A program made the translations under genes and the position numbers. The notes under the pieces are model-generated. The model did not search any database, was not told the DNA's origin, and saw nothing but the letters and a program-made list of their open reading frames with translations. Source: a virus. Taken from it: 32,400 bases of DNA. The stretch is taken from IMG/VR virus record IMGVR_UViG_3300045988_046446; one strand, written 5' to 3'. This document shows positions 1 through 6,693 of this stretch, in pieces; the first letter of the stretch is position 1, and each line of letters begins with the position of its first letter.

Positions 1-56
1 TAGCTGGTTCTTCTGCCTTAGCTGGTTCTTCTGCCTTAGCTGGTTCTTCTGCCTTT
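1..56. repeat. 18-bp tandem repeat (gctggttcttctgcctta), 3 units, coding for (PAKAEE)n on the minus strand
   Basis: Direct reading gives units at 3-20, 21-38 and 39-56. The same unit is present at 32346-32400. Confidence 0.95.
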
Positions 57-331
57 GCGGGTTCGGGCTTCGCTTTCTTCTTCGGGGTGGCTGTCTTCGT
101 TGGCTCGCTAAACGTAGGTGCTACGGGTTGTGCTGGCTCGCTGAATGTCGGCACGGCTGTAGACGTTGTTTTGCTGACCGCTACGGGCTTTTCTTCCTTT
201 TTAGGTGTAATTACATGCGTTTCTACTGAAACGTCGTCAGAGGCGCCCGAAAGTAGTTCTTTCAACATCTTAGTAACATTAATAACTTCTTGTTCGTCTC
301 TCCCGTCAAATTCAAATGTAGTAACTTTCAT
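1..331 (-). CDS. 5' portion of a CDS that runs off the left edge (MKVTTFEFDGRDEQ..., ending in PAKAEE repeats). It continues in frame with 32151..32400 if the molecule is circular.
   Basis: ATG at 329-331 behind an A-rich leader (AAAAACAAAGATTATG). The frame is open to position 1. Its phase matches the right-edge ORF when the ends are overlapped by 8, 26 or 44 nt. Confidence 0.7.
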   Translation of the reverse strand, partial: MKVTTFEFDGRDEQEVINVTKMLKELLSGASDDVSVETHVITPKKEEKPVAVSKTTSTAVPTFSEPAQPVAPTFSEPTKTATPKKKAKPEPAKAEEPAKAEEPAKAEEPA

Positions 332-379
332 AATCTTTGTTTTTATATGGTTCTAATTAATTTATGCGTCTTTGATTTG

Positions 380-637
380 TTAGGCTTCCAAAATGGCTTG
401 TGCAACCTTGGCCACCGTCTCATTATAGAACTCGTCCCACTCATCGCAGTTGATATACATATCTTCAACATCTACTGGGAATCGGGTGCCATCCAGCCTT
501 TGAGAATAGTAAGAGAATATAAAACCCTCGAACGTAGGCATTTCTTGCACCGCGTCAATAACTTGGTATTTGTTCTTCCTCGCGCTTGCCTGCAAGTGCT
601 TTTTCACCTCGTCGATAATAAACTTTTGCTCTTTCAT
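380..637 (-). CDS. hypothetical early protein (85 aa)
   Basis: ORF in the track, preceded by promoter-leader cassette 638-706. No recognisable motif. Confidence 0.65.
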   Translation of the reverse strand: MKEQKFIIDEVKKHLQASARKNKYQVIDAVQEMPTFEGFIFSYYSQRLDGTRFPVDVEDMYINCDEWDEFYNETVAKVAQAILEA

Positions 638-706
638 AACTTTATCTTTTTAAATTGTTGATGCAAATATAACGCTTTTGCAAATACGTTGGTTCATTCA
701 TTAACG
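638..706 (-). promoter_or_regulatory. early promoter-leader cassette, copy 3
   Basis: Minus strand reads CGTTAATGAATGAACCAACGTATTTGCAAAAGCGTTATATTTGCATCAACAATTTAAAAAGATAAAGTTATG. The TATATTTG -7 box is at 664-671. The upstream TTAAT..GAACCAAC element is at 689-706. It is 68 nt from the TTAAC-type element to the ATG. Confidence 0.6.
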
Positions 707-919
707 TTTTTTATTATATATCGCTTCCAGCATGGGTTGCATGAATCTATAGGATACGCCCTCGAACTGGTAGCTGTCGAAATGCCCGTCGAAACGTACC
801 TCTGTGAAAGGCGCGCTTTGCTCCGTACCGTTATCGTCCAAGAATACAAGGATATGGCTTTTCATCTCGAACTTACCTTCTTTAATCGTCTCTCTGAAAA
901 TACAGTTAATCGCTTTCAT
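701..919 (-). CDS. hypothetical early protein (72 aa)
   Basis: ORF in the track, preceded by cassette copy 6. Its stop codon overlaps the upstream element of the next cassette. Confidence 0.6.
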   Translation of the reverse strand: MKAINCIFRETIKEGKFEMKSHILVFLDDNGTEQSAPFTEVRFDGHFDSYQFEGVSYRFMQPMLEAIYNKKR

Positions 920-1070
920 AATTCTACTTTTTAATCGTTTATCTCCGTTTTAATGTCTCGGTGACCTTCCGCTAGGTGAGTAAACCTTGGTTTCTCCCTT
1001 TCAACGTTACAAATATACGGCTTTTATCAATAGGTTGTACATTCCGTTAACATCATTTAAGAATAAAAGT
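920..1070 (-). promoter_or_regulatory. early promoter-leader cassette, copy 6 (long leader)
   Basis: TATATTTG -7 box at 1010-1017 (minus strand). Upstream element GTTAACGGAATGTACAACC at 1032-1051, with a TTCTTAAATGATG extension to about 1070. The 34-nt register is the same as in the other copies. The leader is about 85 nt. Confidence 0.55.
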
Positions 1071-1073
1071 GCT

Positions 1074-1437
1074 CTGTCTCACTTAAAACGTTGAAAACCA
1101 GGCATTTAAAAAATGAGATTTCGGACTGTGCCACCCCTCGAAAATGCGCTGTCTCACTTAATGCGCTACAAACCAAGCCGTTACAACGGAAAAAGTTGAT
1201 TGTGCCAGGTGAGGCTGATGTTTTCCTATAACTTTATTTGGAATATATAAAATACTACTATACTACGAATATTTAGTAGAGGGGGTAAATTTCAATAATG
1301 CCCAAAATAAAGTGTTATACCATTTTCACTGTCTCACCTGGCACACCTCTATAAATAACTATAATACAGCAAGTTAAGTGAGACAAAGACTGTGCCACCT
1401 AAAAACCGTGCCTGGCACAGTGGCACAGTTTGAGACG
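1074..1437. repeat. noncoding motif array A: about 10 copies of CTGTGCCAC / CTGTCTCAC / CCTGGCACA words in both orientations around an AT-rich core
   Basis: ctgtctcac at 1074, 1149 and 1329. ctgtgccac at 1126 and 1390. tgtgccagg at 1201. cctggcaca at 1337 and 1411. gtggcacag at 1420. gtgagacaa at 1378. No ORF is present. Confidence 0.9.
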
Positions 1438-1438
1438 C

Positions 1439-1470
1439 AAAAAAGGGCACATTCCGAAGAACGCACCCTT
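1439..1470 (-). terminator. rho-independent terminator at the end of the late/lysis operon
   Basis: Minus strand reads AAGGGTGCGTTC-TTCG-GAATGTGCCCTT followed by TTTTTTGC. The stem is 12 bp including G-U pairs, with a UUCG loop. It lies 11 nt after the stop of 1481..2059. Confidence 0.7.
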
Positions 1471-1480
1471 AAATCGTGTT

Positions 1481-2059
1481 TTACTTAAACTTCACAGCTA
1501 TGCTTATGTTTGCTTTTGTTTTGGGGTTTTTGTTAGAAACGTCGTAATCTACCGACTTGACACCCCACCTAAAAAAGAGGAATCGTTTCTTTCTAATAGA
1601 GATTACCCCCACTATCGTGTCATTACCTTGGTATGATAACTCCGTGCTGTCTCCTCTTTGTTCTGACCTAATCGTGTTCCACGGGTCGCGGTATTCGGCT
1701 ACTGTCACCCCATTAATCGTGTCGGTTCTCACAACCTCTTTAATCACTGTCTTTGTTACTACCTTGCTAACTGAAAGCGCATCTTTCAATCGAACGTCAA
1801 GCGCCTTCACCTCTTTATATAGGTCTGCGTTCTGCTTCTTTAGCTCCTTCGCGGATAACTCCAGGGCTTTACGCTTCACAGCGGCATCGCCCAACTTTGA
1901 TATGTATTGTACTTCGGCTTCGTTCATCGCGTCTATATTCCTATCCAGGCGCTCTATTTCGGCCTTTTGCTTTTTCACGGTATCTACCAACTTGGATATG
2001 ACACCTATCACAACCATGATAGCAAAAGCGTATATCATGATTTTCTTTAGGCTATTCAT
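1481..2059 (-). CDS. membrane-anchored coiled-coil protein, spanin-like (last gene of the lysis cluster)
   Basis: N-terminal TM helix IMIYAFAIMVVIGVISKLV followed by a K/E-rich coiled coil. Overlaps the endolysin gene by 8 nt. The function is inferred from position only. Confidence 0.4.
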   Translation of the reverse strand: MNSLKKIMIYAFAIMVVIGVISKLVDTVKKQKAEIERLDRNIDAMNEAEVQYISKLGDAAVKRKALELSAKELKKQNADLYKEVKALDVRLKDALSVSKVVTKTVIKEVVRTDTINGVTVAEYRDPWNTIRSEQRGDSTELSYQGNDTIVGVISIRKKRFLFFRWGVKSVDYDVSNKNPKTKANISIAVKFK

Positions 2060-2567
2060 ACTTGATTGCGTTAATACGGTTCATCCAGCCCTTTCTATAC
2101 TTCTCGTTTTTCGGGCGTGCCTTGCAAATCTCGTCGATAAACTTCGCCCGGTCTGCCTTGATAGCGTCAAACAGCTTTCTCGGGTCTGCTGCGTTAATGG
2201 CTGCGATAGTCTTTGGCCCTACCAACCCATCGGCTACAACGCCCAAAAGCTTTTGAGGCCTTTTAATGCCGTGTACCCCCGAAGCCCAAACCCAATCAAC
2301 TAAGATATTGGCTACTGATTGGTTTTTAATCTCATCAGCTTTCCACCTATCCCAGTACAAGGACTTGAATACGTCGTGCCATTCGGCATCCGATATGTTT
2401 TTCAAGTCGTTGACGGTTGGGGCTTTTTGCCCCTTCCGCTTCTTGTATTCGGTGAATGTGCCTATAGTGATACCTTTGTTTGTTGCACCCCCTAAGTCGT
2501 CGGGGTCATTAACAAAACCGCCTTCCCACTGTAGGATGAACGGTATTAATTTACTGCTGTTCGCCAT
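2052..2567 (-). CDS. endolysin, glycoside hydrolase family 108 N-acetylmuramidase with a C-terminal peptidoglycan-binding region
   Basis: N-terminal ILQWEGGFVNDPDDLGGATNKGIT matches the GH108 signature (EGG...D.GG.T..GI). Size is 171 aa. It is adjacent to a holin-like gene. Confidence 0.85.
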   Translation of the reverse strand: MANSSKLIPFILQWEGGFVNDPDDLGGATNKGITIGTFTEYKKRKGQKAPTVNDLKNISDAEWHDVFKSLYWDRWKADEIKNQSVANILVDWVWASGVHGIKRPQKLLGVVADGLVGPKTIAAINAADPRKLFDAIKADRAKFIDEICKARPKNEKYRKGWMNRINAIKYE

Positions 2568-3096
2568 CTTCTTTCCTTTCTTCTATGGGCAAATCATATT
2601 CACCGTCTTTAATCTTCTTTTTGAGGCTGAAATACTTGCTATTAGCAATACTATTCAGCACTTTTATAAACTCATTAGACGGTTGGATAATACGTAGGTT
2701 CTTGGTTATGTTCCTCGCGTATATAATAAGGAATATACCCGTGAGGCCCTTAATCAATAACCTATAATCAATGCCCGGTTCTAACATGTCACACGTAAGG
2801 GCAACAAAAAACAATGTCGCACTCGTTAGAAAAAGCTCTTTAACGGCCTGCATTGTCTTTTTGTGCTGATACGGTTTGCCCTTTTGCCGGTCTGCGAGAT
2901 ACCCGGCTAACCAATTGAGGGCTGTCACTATCACAACAATAAACATAAAGTCCCTCACACCCGAAACAACTGTTAGAACGGTAACAGCGAAAAACATTCG
3001 GAAGTGAGTTGCTAAACTTTCTATCACTTGATAAGACCTATACGTGAATTCTGAACCACACATACCTTTATAAACCCGTCTTTTTTCATACGGCAA
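2551..3096 (-). CDS. putative holin / multi-pass membrane protein (the true start is probably internal, at 3063 or 2997)
   Basis: 3-4 hydrophobic helices (FFAVTVLTVVSG, FMFIVVIVTALNWLAGYL, LFLTSATLFFVALT, GLTGIFLIIYA). Lies immediately upstream of the endolysin and overlaps it by 17 nt. Confidence 0.5.
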   Translation of the reverse strand: MPYEKRRVYKGMCGSEFTYRSYQVIESLATHFRMFFAVTVLTVVSGVRDFMFIVVIVTALNWLAGYLADRQKGKPYQHKKTMQAVKELFLTSATLFFVALTCDMLEPGIDYRLLIKGLTGIFLIIYARNITKNLRIIQPSNEFIKVLNSIANSKYFSLKKKIKDGEYDLPIEERKEDGEQQ

Positions 3097-3479
3097 ATCA
3101 AGGGTTCTAAAAATAAATCGGCTTTGCTCCGTTCAGCTTCAAACCTCTTAACTTTACTTGTATCGGGAACGACTATCGAGCCTCCGTACGTCTGAATTTT
3201 CATCCCGGTGGTCGTACTGTTTTGGTCGGCAATCTGCAAATAACGGGCAAAGGCATAGTAACTTATAACCTTTTCCGCACCCGCGAAGTCCGCGCCGTCT
3301 GCGATATACTCGTCCGGGATGGCGTCGTACATCACACCCACCTGGGGCAATATATCCAATAGGTCGGCCTCGAAGAAGGCCTTCTCTATCTTATTATCTT
3401 TTACGTCCGTCGCTATTTCAAACAGCGTTCTGAACTTCTGAATTGGGTATGCCATCTTCTTCGTCAAATTTATTTTCAA
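3024..3479 (-). CDS. hypothetical virion-associated protein (151 aa; alternative start at 3455)
   Basis: ORF in the track, in the same strand block. Overlaps the 3' end of the portal gene. No motif recognised. Confidence 0.6.
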   Translation of the reverse strand: MKINLTKKMAYPIQKFRTLFEIATDVKDNKIEKAFFEADLLDILPQVGVMYDAIPDEYIADGADFAGAEKVISYYAFARYLQIADQNSTTTGMKIQTYGGSIVVPDTSKVKRFEAERSKADLFLEPLICRMKKDGFIKVCVVQNSRIGLIK

Positions 3480-4578
3480 TTTCAGTTACTGACGGGTCAA
3501 CCCCGAATACTTGGTATAATTCACGCGAAATACGTTGCCGTACCTTTTGCAAGCTATTGCGATAAACCTTTTGCAGCTCTTTTATAACCTCGCCCGAAGC
3601 GTTAGAATAGGTCATAAGAGAGCTATCAATAAGAGGCAATGGGATGTTATACGCAGCTATCGCGATATCCTTTCGTAACGGTTCCACATAAGCCTTGTAC
3701 AGCTCCCTATCTATCGGGCTGCCTAACTGGTCTACCTTGATAAACGGTTTGTCCGTGGCTACGTTCTCGTCTCGAACGGTAAGAACTGAACCGGCGTTCT
3801 CACTACCCATCATCTCGGACAACGTATCGCGGAACTCTTGTTGAGCCTGCTCGGTCTCGAAATCACCGTGTGAAACAATGCTGCACATGTGGAAACCACG
3901 TCCCAAAGTACGGTTAACATATCGCCCGTTCTTGTCCTCCGCACCCATCTCATTACGTACCGCGTGGAACGTGCTAATAGGGTAAGGTCGGGTAGTGCTA
4001 AGGTTCACATACAAAAGTTGCCCCTTGTGGTTCTCGATACCTCCGCATTCCTCAACTTCAGCCGCGAAGTTTTCGGGGTTGAATGTGGGGTAAACAACAG
4101 AGTTACCTTTAACACTTGTTGACTTTACGCTCTGTTTCTCCCAGTTGTTGAACACTCGCCAGCTCCTTACGGTGGGGTCATTCTTATAATTGTCGTTCAT
4201 CTCGGCACGAACGTATTCAAACGGAACGTTGTACACGTTTTTGGGCTGGTAGCCTGCTGGCGTTAAACCATACTGCACTATCCAAGCCCAACCCTTAAAA
4301 CGTGCAACGTCGTTTGCCGTAGCTTCTAACACATCGTTCATGTTACAGCCGTTGCCGTTCGTCATTTCCGCGAATTCCTTGTTTTTGAACCCCTCACATA
4401 TTATATTTTCCGTCATTTTTTCGACGGCGGCGCTCGCTGTCTTTGACGCGTATATGAGTTCTGCAATTTCCTGCGGATAAAGGTTTCCCTCTCCGTAGTT
4501 AATCACTCTATCGCCCGTATTCGCGGAAAGCTTAAGCGCTTTTTCTACTAATAATGCTATTCGGCTGTAACCTATCAT
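3418..4578 (-). CDS. portal protein (HK97-type, tentative)
   Basis: 386 aa. The segment GSENAGSVLTVRDENV..KVDQLGSPIDRELYKAYVEPLRKDIAIAAYNIPLPLID resembles the conserved portal core (G..nagk..vl.....d..f...r..I..af.vP..ll). Confidence 0.6.
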   Translation of the reverse strand: MIGYSRIALLVEKALKLSANTGDRVINYGEGNLYPQEIAELIYASKTASAAVEKMTENIICEGFKNKEFAEMTNGNGCNMNDVLEATANDVARFKGWAWIVQYGLTPAGYQPKNVYNVPFEYVRAEMNDNYKNDPTVRSWRVFNNWEKQSVKSTSVKGNSVVYPTFNPENFAAEVEECGGIENHKGQLLYVNLSTTRPYPISTFHAVRNEMGAEDKNGRYVNRTLGRGFHMCSIVSHGDFETEQAQQEFRDTLSEMMGSENAGSVLTVRDENVATDKPFIKVDQLGSPIDRELYKAYVEPLRKDIAIAAYNIPLPLIDSSLMTYSNASGEVIKELQKVYRNSLQKVRQRISRELYQVFGVDPSVTEIENKFDEEDGIPNSEVQNAV

Positions 4579-4582
4579 GATG

Positions 4583-4933
4583 CTATTCTTTATTAATTTC
4601 TACAAAACATTCTGCGTATGCCGGGTTCTCCTTCATAAGTCGCTCGGCTATTTCGTCCGTCATATTCGCTGACTTGTAAACCACGCCATCCACGTAATGC
4701 ACGATACGCGCACCGGGCTTCATTGCCCACCTGTAAACTACTTTTGTCAGATACTTCGTTTCATACCACAAAGATAAATATTCCATATCCATGTGGCAAT
4801 TGGTATCAAGTTTTAGACCCGTCATCTGATAGTAAGTGTCTAACTTCTCCTGTAGTGTTACTTCCTTTGGTTGAGTAACAACCGGGTCAGTGCTTTCGCC
4901 CTGCCCGGTAATGTTGGTTAATTCTTCGCTCAT
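4583..4933 (-). CDS. hypothetical structural-module protein (116 aa)
   Basis: ORF in the track, tightly packed between the paralog 3 and portal genes. Confidence 0.6.
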   Translation of the reverse strand: MSEELTNITGQGESTDPVVTQPKEVTLQEKLDTYYQMTGLKLDTNCHMDMEYLSLWYETKYLTKVVYRWAMKPGARIVHYVDGVVYKSANMTDEIAERLMKENPAYAECFVEINKE

Positions 4934-4945
4934 TTTCTTTTTTAA

Positions 4946-5530
4946 TTAGGGTTCTGGTTCTGGTGCTAGTGCTGGTGTTGGTGCTGGTGTGCTTAATGCG
5001 TCGTAATCTGCCTTCGTCAATGCGTGGATAGTTGTACCCACTTGCCAATCTTCAACGCCATAGGTAAAAACTGCATACCCGTCGGTAGTTGAATCCATGC
5101 TATATTCCAAGCAAACAAGAGGTGCACCAAGACCGTAAACCCGATAGACCCCATTTCCGTGGTCTACGGCTATAACAAGCTCCGCACGGGCAACCTGGTC
5201 AATCGCGCCCATCGGTATTGCTGCCGATATAAAGCCTCCACGGTTTGCGCCCGCAAAGTCCTTAAATGTGATAGTCACGTCGAAAGCCCCTGCGGTTATA
5301 TCCTGCGATTTCATAGCGACGCTTAGCGTTAGGGCGTTGTTTACGGTTGTTACGTCATGACCCACTTTTGTAGGCACACGCGTTATGGTTGCCTCCCCCG
5401 ATGAGTTTACCGTAAAACTCGCAATATCAGCCGCGTTGATTAGCTTTGCGCCTTGTATGTGGTTAAAAGCTGGGGCGGGTGCTCCGCACGCCAGCGCCAA
5501 AGCTCCGCTTATTGTTCCAATACATGCCAT
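4946..5530 (-). CDS. structural paralog 3 (194 aa, Pro-rich tail PAPTPALAPEPEP); possible tube or decoration protein
   Basis: Shares the N-terminal pattern MAC..(11-12 aa)..C...INAADIASFT with 5556..6095 and 6098..6625. Confidence 0.7.
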   Translation of the reverse strand: MACIGTISGALALACGAPAPAFNHIQGAKLINAADIASFTVNSSGEATITRVPTKVGHDVTTVNNALTLSVAMKSQDITAGAFDVTITFKDFAGANRGGFISAAIPMGAIDQVARAELVIAVDHGNGVYRVYGLGAPLVCLEYSMDSTTDGYAVFTYGVEDWQVGTTIHALTKADYDALSTPAPTPALAPEPEP

Positions 5531-5555
5531 ATTATTTTTCCTTTCTTTTAATTAG

Positions 5556-6095
5556 TTAACCTGCTGTCGCGTACAAGGCATTATAAGCATCACGGCTCAT
5601 GAACAGCTCATCTTCTCCTATAACATTTTCCGGAGTAGATACCACAACCGTAGTCCAGCCCCCATTATCATGTGAACTAAAATCTACCGATGTGGGGGAC
5701 ATTCCGTAGAACAACCCGTAAATCTGGCCGAACGATTTTCCGAGGGGCCACGCAACGATAACAAAGTTAGCGTTAGCATACACGTTAATCCTCGACCGCT
5801 GTTCCGTTCCGTATCCACGTTCTGACGTATCCACTATGGTAGCCGAATGGGTGTACGCATTAGGCGCGCCCTCATTCACCTTAAGAGAAGACGAAAGCAC
5901 TAACGAACGCTTAACAGTGTCTATTTTGTAGGGTTTCGCGCCCTCTTTTAGCTCAATTTGACTGACGAGGTCTCCACTATAGGTAAATGAGGCTATATCG
6001 GCCTTGTTAATAATCATAGCGCTAACTAAACCCGTTGCGCCCGTGTCGCAATTATAATCAATTGCGCTTGCTAATTTTTTTGAAATACACGCCAT
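5556..6095 (-). CDS. structural paralog 2 (179 aa)
   Basis: MACISKKLASAIDYNC...INKADIASFTY is alignable by eye to its neighbours. Confidence 0.7.
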   Translation of the reverse strand: MACISKKLASAIDYNCDTGATGLVSAMIINKADIASFTYSGDLVSQIELKEGAKPYKIDTVKRSLVLSSSLKVNEGAPNAYTHSATIVDTSERGYGTEQRSRINVYANANFVIVAWPLGKSFGQIYGLFYGMSPTSVDFSSHDNGGWTTVVVSTPENVIGEDELFMSRDAYNALYATAG

Positions 6096-6097
6096 AA

Positions 6098-6625
6098 TTA
6101 AACTGATTTAGAGATTATTGTGTCGCGAACCGCATTATAAGGTACGACCATAGGACATCCTGCCGCACCTTCGGGCGTAGACAGTGTTAGTGTAATCATA
6201 GTAGCGTTAGCGTTAGAATCGAAATCCGCCGCCGAGCATTCGAGTGGTACAGTAGAGCCTAAAATTACTTGTTCTCCACTGTTGTATATAACAAGAACAT
6301 GGAATTTGCCTGTAGTTATAGTGTTAACAAAGTCGGTCGCCGCCGAGTCAAGCCGAACTTTGAACGTAACTGAAGCGTCCATAGTAGCCGAGGCGTCTAA
6401 AGACTTTAGAGACCCGTTAACCTGGATATTTTGCTTATATCCTTCTACCTTGTACGATTTTGCGCCTGCTGCAAACACGACGGAAGATATACGATTCGGT
6501 GTGGGTTTATATGCGAACGTAACGTCCCCCGCGTGCATTAAGTAGATGTCTTTAACACCGACCTGCGGAATCGTACACCCTATAGTGATACCGGAAGCAA
6601 GCTTGTCTAAACAATTTTTTGCCAT
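6098..6625 (-). CDS. structural paralog 1 (175 aa)
   Basis: MAKNCLDKLASGITIGC...MHAGDVTFAY has the same architecture as the two downstream genes. Confidence 0.7.
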   Translation of the reverse strand: MAKNCLDKLASGITIGCTIPQVGVKDIYLMHAGDVTFAYKPTPNRISSVVFAAGAKSYKVEGYKQNIQVNGSLKSLDASATMDASVTFKVRLDSAATDFVNTITTGKFHVLVIYNSGEQVILGSTVPLECSAADFDSNANATMITLTLSTPEGAAGCPMVVPYNAVRDTIISKSV

Positions 6626-6635
6626 ATTATTTGAA

Positions 6636-6672
6636 ATGAAAAAGGGGCTGGGTTAATGTCCCAACCCCTTTT
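6636..6672 (-). terminator. rho-independent terminator/attenuator after the putative major capsid gene
   Basis: Minus strand reads AAAAGGGGTTGGG-ACATTAA-CCCAGCCCCTTTTTCATTTC. The GC-rich stem is 9 bp with 1 mismatch, followed by a T5 run. It lies 22 nt after the stop of 6694..7638. Confidence 0.65.
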
Positions 6673-6693
6673 ATTAGTAATTGATTGATTTAT

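Noticed and set aside
1-44. The 44-nt identity of the two window ends as a genuine direct terminal repeat of the virion DNA
   Set aside because: The identity is fully explained by the register of an internal 18-bp coding tandem repeat, because overlaps of 8, 26 or 44 nt all fit, and an ORF reads through in frame. Circular closure or an assembly break in the repeat is more parsimonious. Physical ends need experimental mapping.
934-1480. A tRNA or other structured RNA gene, or an attP/integrase module, in the two large intergenic regions (also 17714-18359)
   Set aside because: I could not fold any cloverleaf-like 70-90 nt segment with conserved T-loop or D-loop features. No integrase, recombinase or excisionase ORF exists anywhere in the window, so an att site is unsupported. 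A small RNA cannot be excluded, but no exact promoter motif was found inside the cores.
1557-2303. Long plus-strand ORFs in the track, for example 1557..2303 (248 aa), 6913..7464, 9178..10696 (several) and 31133..31459
   Set aside because: All lie antisense to minus-strand genes that have recognisable motifs or tight operon packing. Their products are low-complexity (Ser/Phe/Leu/Cys/Ala-rich mirror images of coiled-coil or conserved frames). None has a promoter or leader of the type seen in front of the minus-strand genes.
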